The notes below the pieces were generated by a model. The model did not search any database and was not told the DNA's origin. It saw only the letters and a list, made by a program, of their open reading frames with translations. From a virus (lineage: Duplodnaviria > Caudoviricetes), in IMG/VR virus record IMGVR_UViG_2744054709_000002, positions 1-64,000 of that record: 64,000 nucleotides of DNA; one strand, given 5' to 3'. Numbering within the stretch: the stretch's first letter is position 1; the number at the start of each line of letters is the position of its first letter. The position numbers and the translations under genes are program-made. Below are positions 63,486 through 64,000 of the stretch, piece after piece.

Positions 63486-64000
63486 GCAATGGGAACGGTT
63501 CCCATCCAGAATGGGAAAATGGGAAAGCGCATGGGAATGGCGAGGATGGGAAGCCGGCGCGAAATTCCGATGAAAATCCCATGAGCTGCCCGATGGCGGA
63601 CGTCATGTTCGGCTGGCCGGAAATTGCCATGTTGGCTGACCTACTGCGGTGCCCGCTGACAGTGCTTACGAAATCGGACGTCCTCAGCATCTGTGGGCAT
63701 TTCAGGGGTGCCACGGACTGGTTGTTGTCGCATGGGATGTTGCGATCTCGTTTAACCAATGCGCTGGAGGTAAACCGGCCCCTCCTCTGGAGGTTCGGAA
63801 GTGCCCTTGCGTCCTCACGGACAAAACCGGTTTCCGGGAATGCGGTGATAAGTGAACTTCTCGCCGGTAAAAAACAGGATGATCTGCGGAGCGTCCTCAA
63901 GGTCATTGACCAGATCCCGACGGATTTTGCCGGAGCCATTTTGGTCACGCCCCCCAGTCCTCTGGAGCCGGAGGATATGGAATACCTCGCCAGGCAGTTC
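63482..64000 (+). CDS. Hypothetical protein, truncated by the window end
   Basis: ATGA-coupled open frame MSNGNGSHPEW... running off the end. Confidence 0.65.
   Translation, partial: MSNGNGSHPEWENGKAHGNGEDGKPARNSDENPMSCPMADVMFGWPEIAMLADLLRCPLTVLTKSDVLSICGHFRGATDWLLSHGMLRSRLTNALEVNRPLLWRFGSALASSRTKPVSGNAVISELLAGKKQDDLRSVLKVIDQIPTDFAGAILVTPPSPLEPEDMEYLARQF

Larger units (their letters stand above)
1..64000. mobile_element. Temperate myophage / phage-plasmid (probably most of a circular genome)
   Basis: Complete head, contractile tail and lysis genes together with RepA plus iterons, ParA, a resolvase-like recombinase and TA systems; no host housekeeping genes or att boundaries seen. Confidence 0.9.

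Noticed and set aside
1-64000. tRNA, rRNA, IS elements or a protelomerase/telomere site
   Set aside because: No cloverleaf, transposase, protelomerase motif or long telomere-type palindrome recognised by eye; tRNAscan and ISEScan would be needed to exclude them formally

Overview
The whole 64 kb window reads as one GC-rich temperate myophage that is maintained as a plasmid (a phage-plasmid). No host housekeeping genes, rRNA, tRNA or CRISPR array are visible, and an alphaproteobacterial host is inferred only. Plasmid functions: RepA with iterons, an AT-rich tract and a DnaA box; a short ParA with a small partner; a Cre-like tyrosine recombinase; and two toxin-antitoxin pairs. Phage functions: a CI/Cro switch, a second lytic-type initiator, an early operon (HD phosphohydrolase, two adenine methyltransferases, DUF2303, DUF5131), a GpA-type terminase, a portal, an SPO1/Twort-like head and contractile tail, and a GH108 endolysin. 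Signals the annotation does not explain: (1) a TCGTGA-N3-nAnnnT box exactly 21-22 nt before the ATG of five late genes, implying activator-dependent leaderless late promoters; (2) palindromic (TGCA)n arrays upstream of parA and again just upstream of four of those promoters, suggesting partition sites that also act on late transcription; (3) a shared hydrophobic-x-K-[A/S] motif on head proteins and on three enzymes encoded in the head region (zeta toxin, pyrophosphatase-like domain, SNF2 helicase), suggesting a capsid-cargo addressing and cleavage code; (4) a 56-aa gene nested inside the zeta toxin gene; (5) an orphan iteron in front of a Panacea TA operon whose toxin appears to start at CTG; (6) an acidified truncated paralogue of the MuF-like head gene; (7) a Cro-RusA fusion next to a CI that lacks obvious autocleavage residues. 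All family calls are from motif recognition by eye; no database search was run.
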